A stretch of DNA of 63,870 nucleotides, counting the filler, from Octopus bimaculoides (lineage: Eukaryota), in NCBI RefSeq assembly GCF_001194135.2. It is 5 parts of 5 records of this genome, joined end to end, with 100 filler letters (N's around TTAATTAATTAA, not from the genome) between each part and the next. Parts side by side here need not be neighbours in the genome. Positions count along the whole stretch, not along the records: positions 51,699 to 63,870 come from NC_068996.1; 4 more parts are not named here. One strand, 5' to 3'. Under the pieces are notes generated by a model. That model saw only the letters and a list, made by a program, of their open reading frames with translations, did no database searches and had not been told where the DNA came from. Each line of letters begins with the position of its first letter. Positions within the stretch are counted from its first letter, which is position 1. The translations under genes were made by a program, and so were the position numbers. Positions 62,941 to 63,870 of the stretch are shown here, in pieces.

Positions 62941-63870
62941 ACCAACCAAAAAATTTGTTTTGTCCTTATGCTAAAACCAATTATCTTTTTATCTTTATCC
63001 TATTATTCTCCTATCGGTTTTAAACAAAGTCTGTGGCCATGCTAGAGTATCGCCATTAGCACCAATGCTTTGTTTATTCTGGATTCACTTCCTAGTCCTG
63101 TCTCCGGAATCGGTCGTGATGAAGTAATAAGCTACCCTTCTTTGCGTTACTTGTCACGATGTAGGTTAATCTGGTATATCAGATAAAAAACAAAAACTTG
63201 CTTCATTGTTCTTTAGTAAGACGAATTAGGTAAAATATTTTATCAAACATTTCTAGATTTATATTTTTAAAATGTTGGATGTGCCTTTGATTTAATTTTG
63301 AAGTTAGCTGAAGGGTTGATACGATAATGGACAAACCGCCTCGTGACTCATCGCTTGGACTGTTCCATTGCTAAGAGAAGGGAGTTCCACCTTATGCTTC
63401 GCATTTCATTTCGGAGTCGAGGAGTCAATTAAGATATGTTCGGTCGCCCTTATCAAAAATATTCTGTGAATTCTGTTCATTCAACTGAATAAAAATGAAA
63501 GATACTTTGAAGTTTGACAGAACATGATTGATGAAATAAAGTATGTATTATTGTGCCACGTGATGGCTGTATGAATGGTGGAGGAAGTTAACGATTTCCT
63601 TGACCGAGTCATAAAGAAAGTAACTTTTGTTATGTTGATATAGTGGTACGTTACATCCATTTGAGAAGAAAATCGAATCCAGTTTGTTAAAATGTTAAAA
63701 AATGTCAAGTATAAACGTTCTGGTCTATACATACATTCATTCATACATACATACATACATACATACATACATACATACATACATACATACATACATACAT
63801 AATACATACCTACATACATACATACATACATACATACTTACATACATATATACATGAGTATGTATATATA

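Noticed and set aside
49254-63870. Search for the forkhead DNA-binding domain (KPPYS, WKNSVRHNLSLN) upstream of the identified exons
   Set aside because: Not found on either strand in the readable sequence; it presumably lies outside the window or in a gap. This is why the gene call is not higher confidence.

Overview
AT-rich, microsatellite- and retroelement-dense animal genomic DNA with many N gaps. The SINE families and repeat landscape look like a coleoid cephalopod such as Octopus (inference from pattern recognition, no database search was possible). One host gene is recognisable: the last two coding exons of a FoxN2/3 (CHES1-like) forkhead transcription factor on the minus strand (49178-49253 and 45939-47232). 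Its forkhead domain is not in the window. The last exon carries a long Thr/Ser-rich repeat extension. The rest is mostly decayed mobile DNA: three Penelope-like element remnants, Tx1/L1, CR1/L2, RTE and R4/Dong-type LINE fragments, three tRNA-derived SINE families, a Tc1/mariner-type MITE, and Helitron-like and hAT-like relics. Signals not shown by the ORF track: (1) minimal type I hammerhead-ribozyme motifs, best at 36883-36925 (-) and 2821-2875 (+); (2) R4/Dong 3' ends that repeatedly run into trinucleotide microsatellites; (3) SINE tails shared with LINE 3' ends present in the same window; (4) a CpG-depleted domain over the 3' part of FoxN2/3. Almost all ORFs in the supplied track are microsatellite or N-gap artefacts or TE fragments. 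No rRNA, tRNA gene or CRISPR array is supported. TE boundaries are approximate unless a TSD or splice site is quoted.
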